This document shows, piece after piece, positions 62,161 through 64,000 of a stretch of DNA of 64,000 nucleotides. The translations under genes were made by a program, and so were the position numbers. This DNA comes from Azolla caroliniana (Eukaryota > Plantae > Polypodiophyta), in the NCBI GenBank assembly GCA_043228905.1, contig JBHGNT010000008.1, positions 16,864,001 through 16,928,000 on the forward strand, given 5' to 3'. Position 1 is the stretch's first letter. Each line of letters begins with the position of its first letter. The notes below the pieces were generated by a model, which did no database searches, was not told the DNA's origin, and saw only the letters and a list, made by a program, of their open reading frames with translations.

Positions 62161-64000
62161 TGTTGGGATTTCGGTCCCTCCGGATGGGATGTCCGGAGAT
62201 GAATGACGGAAAGCCCGGTTGCGGTTACGGAGCCGGATGACGAAGACCCTGGCTACGGAGCCGGATGATGAAGACCCCGGTTACGGAGCCGGATGACGAA
62301 GACCCCGGCTACGGAGCCGGATGATGAATACCCCGGCTACGGAGCCGGATGCTGAAGACCCCGGTTACGGAGCCGGATGACGAATGTACCCGGAGGGAGA
62401 TCCGGATGCGGGGACATATTTGTGAATATGTTTGCCAAGAGCCCTTGAGGCTATATTTGTAAATAGCCCGAAAGTCATATGTGTATAAATATGACTTAGG
62501 GCAAACAGTTTATGTTGTTGCTCATTTTTCTGTTAGAGGGAGCGAAGCAAGAGCAGCCGCTTGAGAGAGAAACGAAGAGGTCGACGCCTCTGTGTAATAC
62601 CGCCGCCTGTGGCGAGGACAGCGAGCTCAAGGTCGTCGCCTTGCAGCTCGCCATTGTATATTCCAGTGTATAGTGATAGTTGGAGTCGTGCACTCCCGTG
62701 GTTTTTCCCGTTTAGGGTTTTCCACGTTATACCCTGTGTATTCGTCTCTCTGTGTCTTTTTCCCATTTTCTGCTGCATTGATCCGTGTTGTCTCGGCTGT
62801 GGCCGAGAGGCGAAAGATTTGATAGCGTCAAATCCTCACAAAGTGGTATCAAAGCACGGTAACACAGAAAATGGAAGGCGGCGGTAGTGGGCCTCCGGGC
62901 ATGATGGTGTTGAACTCTCAGAACTACGCCGACTGGAAGATAAAGATGGAAGACCTCCTCATCGTCCGAGACCTGTACGAACCGATCGACAATGCCGAGA
63001 TACCCAAGGGGGTAATAGAGTCGGAGTGGAAGCTCCTGAACCGGAAAGCCGTAGCGACGATCCGGCAATATGTAGATGTAAGTGTTCTGCAACATGTGGC
63101 GAACGACACCAACGCATATGAGATGTGGAAGAAGCTGTCGGGCCTCTACGAGAGGAAGAATGCGTTGAACCGGACCTCCCTGATGAGGAAGATAGTGAAC
63201 CTCAAGTACCGGGACGGCGAGAGTATGGTGGAACACGTAAGCACGTTCATGGGATTCGTGAACCAGCTTGTGGCGATCAAGTTCCCGTTGGAGGATGCAA
63301 TGCAAGCCATCATCCTGATGTGTACATTGCCGGACAGCTGGGAGAACTTGGTGGTGACTCTCAGCACCTCCTGCACCGAAGATAACTTGTCCCTACAAAC
63401 GGTAAAGACAAGTATTTTGAACGAAGAAGCGCGTCGGAGAGATAAGGAACCGGTTTCTGATCAGAAGATGCTGCTTACCGAATCGGATCAGGGAAGACAA
63501 TGGAACCGTAGTCCGCAAAGACGGGAGAAGTCGGGGACCCGGTCGCAGTCAAGAGGAAGGCCAACATGCTTCCACTGTGGGAAGCCGGGGCACTTCCGGA
63601 AGAATTGTCGGCATTACCGAAAGGACAACGGAGCCGACGACACCGATTCGAAGAAGTCACCGGAGAGAAACGGTGCATACCGGGGAGCCACGGACCGGAG
63701 AGGTCCGGATCGGCGAGGGCAGGACCGGAAAGGAACGACGGCACTCGCGGCAAGTGAAGAAGAGATAATGCTTATTACCGAAGAGAGGGAGCTGAACCTT
63801 GCCGGTGTAGAGATGACCTGGGTGGTCGATTCCGGAGCGTCGTTCCACCTGACCCCGGAGAAGAAATACTTCTCATCCTACACAGCCGGTGAGCATGGCT
63901 GTGTCCGGATGGGAAATGAAGGCACATGCCGGATTGCCGGCATAGGAGACGTGTGGCTGTTGACATCAACCGGATGCAAGATGCTGTTGAAGGATGTGCG
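62161..64000 (+). mobile_element. C6: 5' part of a C2-family copia element (runs off the window)
   Basis: LTR 62161-62840 with about 6 copies of the 28-bp palindromic repeat; PBS tggtatcaaagc 62844-62855. Confidence 0.93.
62871..64000 (+). CDS. gag-pol: C6 Gag-protease, open to the window edge
   Basis: MEGGGSGPPGMMVLNSQNYADWKIKMEDLL.. closely matches C2; CFHCGKPGH and VDSGAS present. Confidence 0.88.
   Translation, partial: MEGGGSGPPGMMVLNSQNYADWKIKMEDLLIVRDLYEPIDNAEIPKGVIESEWKLLNRKAVATIRQYVDVSVLQHVANDTNAYEMWKKLSGLYERKNALNRTSLMRKIVNLKYRDGESMVEHVSTFMGFVNQLVAIKFPLEDAMQAIILMCTLPDSWENLVVTLSTSCTEDNLSLQTVKTSILNEEARRRDKEPVSDQKMLLTESDQGRQWNRSPQRREKSGTRSQSRGRPTCFHCGKPGHFRKNCRHYRKDNGADDTDSKKSPERNGAYRGATDRRGPDRRGQDRKGTTALAASEEEIMLITEERELNLAGVEMTWVVDSGASFHLTPEKKYFSSYTAGEHGCVRMGNEGTCRIAGIGDVWLLTSTGCKMLLKDV

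Overview
Eukaryotic, repeat-saturated DNA, most likely heterochromatin of a non-seed land plant such as a fern, lycophyte or bryophyte. This is inferred from a Tcn1-like chromovirus, plant tRNA-Trp and tRNA-iMet primer sites, and C>T decay in CG, CHG and CHH contexts. No ordinary host gene is visible. The window resolves into two nests of transposons. Nest 1 (1-21.6 kb): a chromovirus (G1) is split inside its chromodomain by an 18.5-kb tRNA-Trp-primed Ty3/gypsy element (G2). G2 carries a gag-only non-autonomous element (G3, with a solo LTR in its LTR) and a Ty1/copia element (C1). Nest 2 (24.5-64 kb): a copia relic contains a Trp-primed Ty3 element (G4). G4 holds an intact copia (C2) and a copia remnant (C5), into which a large intron-containing Sola2-like DNA transposon inserted; that transposon was hit again by copia elements C3 and C6 and a solo LTR. 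Main findings: (i) a reciprocal 21.2-kb inversion (37185-58353) that cuts both the G4 integrase and a spliced gene exactly at an intron/exon junction; (ii) undoing it reveals a >11-kb Sola2-like transposon with a spliced transposase and a convergent multi-exon coiled-coil/RING-H2 cargo gene; (iii) a conserved GGATTTT(TAG) -1 frameshift site after the protease in the Trp-primed Ty3 family; (iv) CpG-centred 4-bp target sites; (v) a capsid-domain swap between copia families; (vi) tRNA-like modules and hairpin arrays in LTRs. All coordinates were read by eye and family names come from motif recognition, not database searches.
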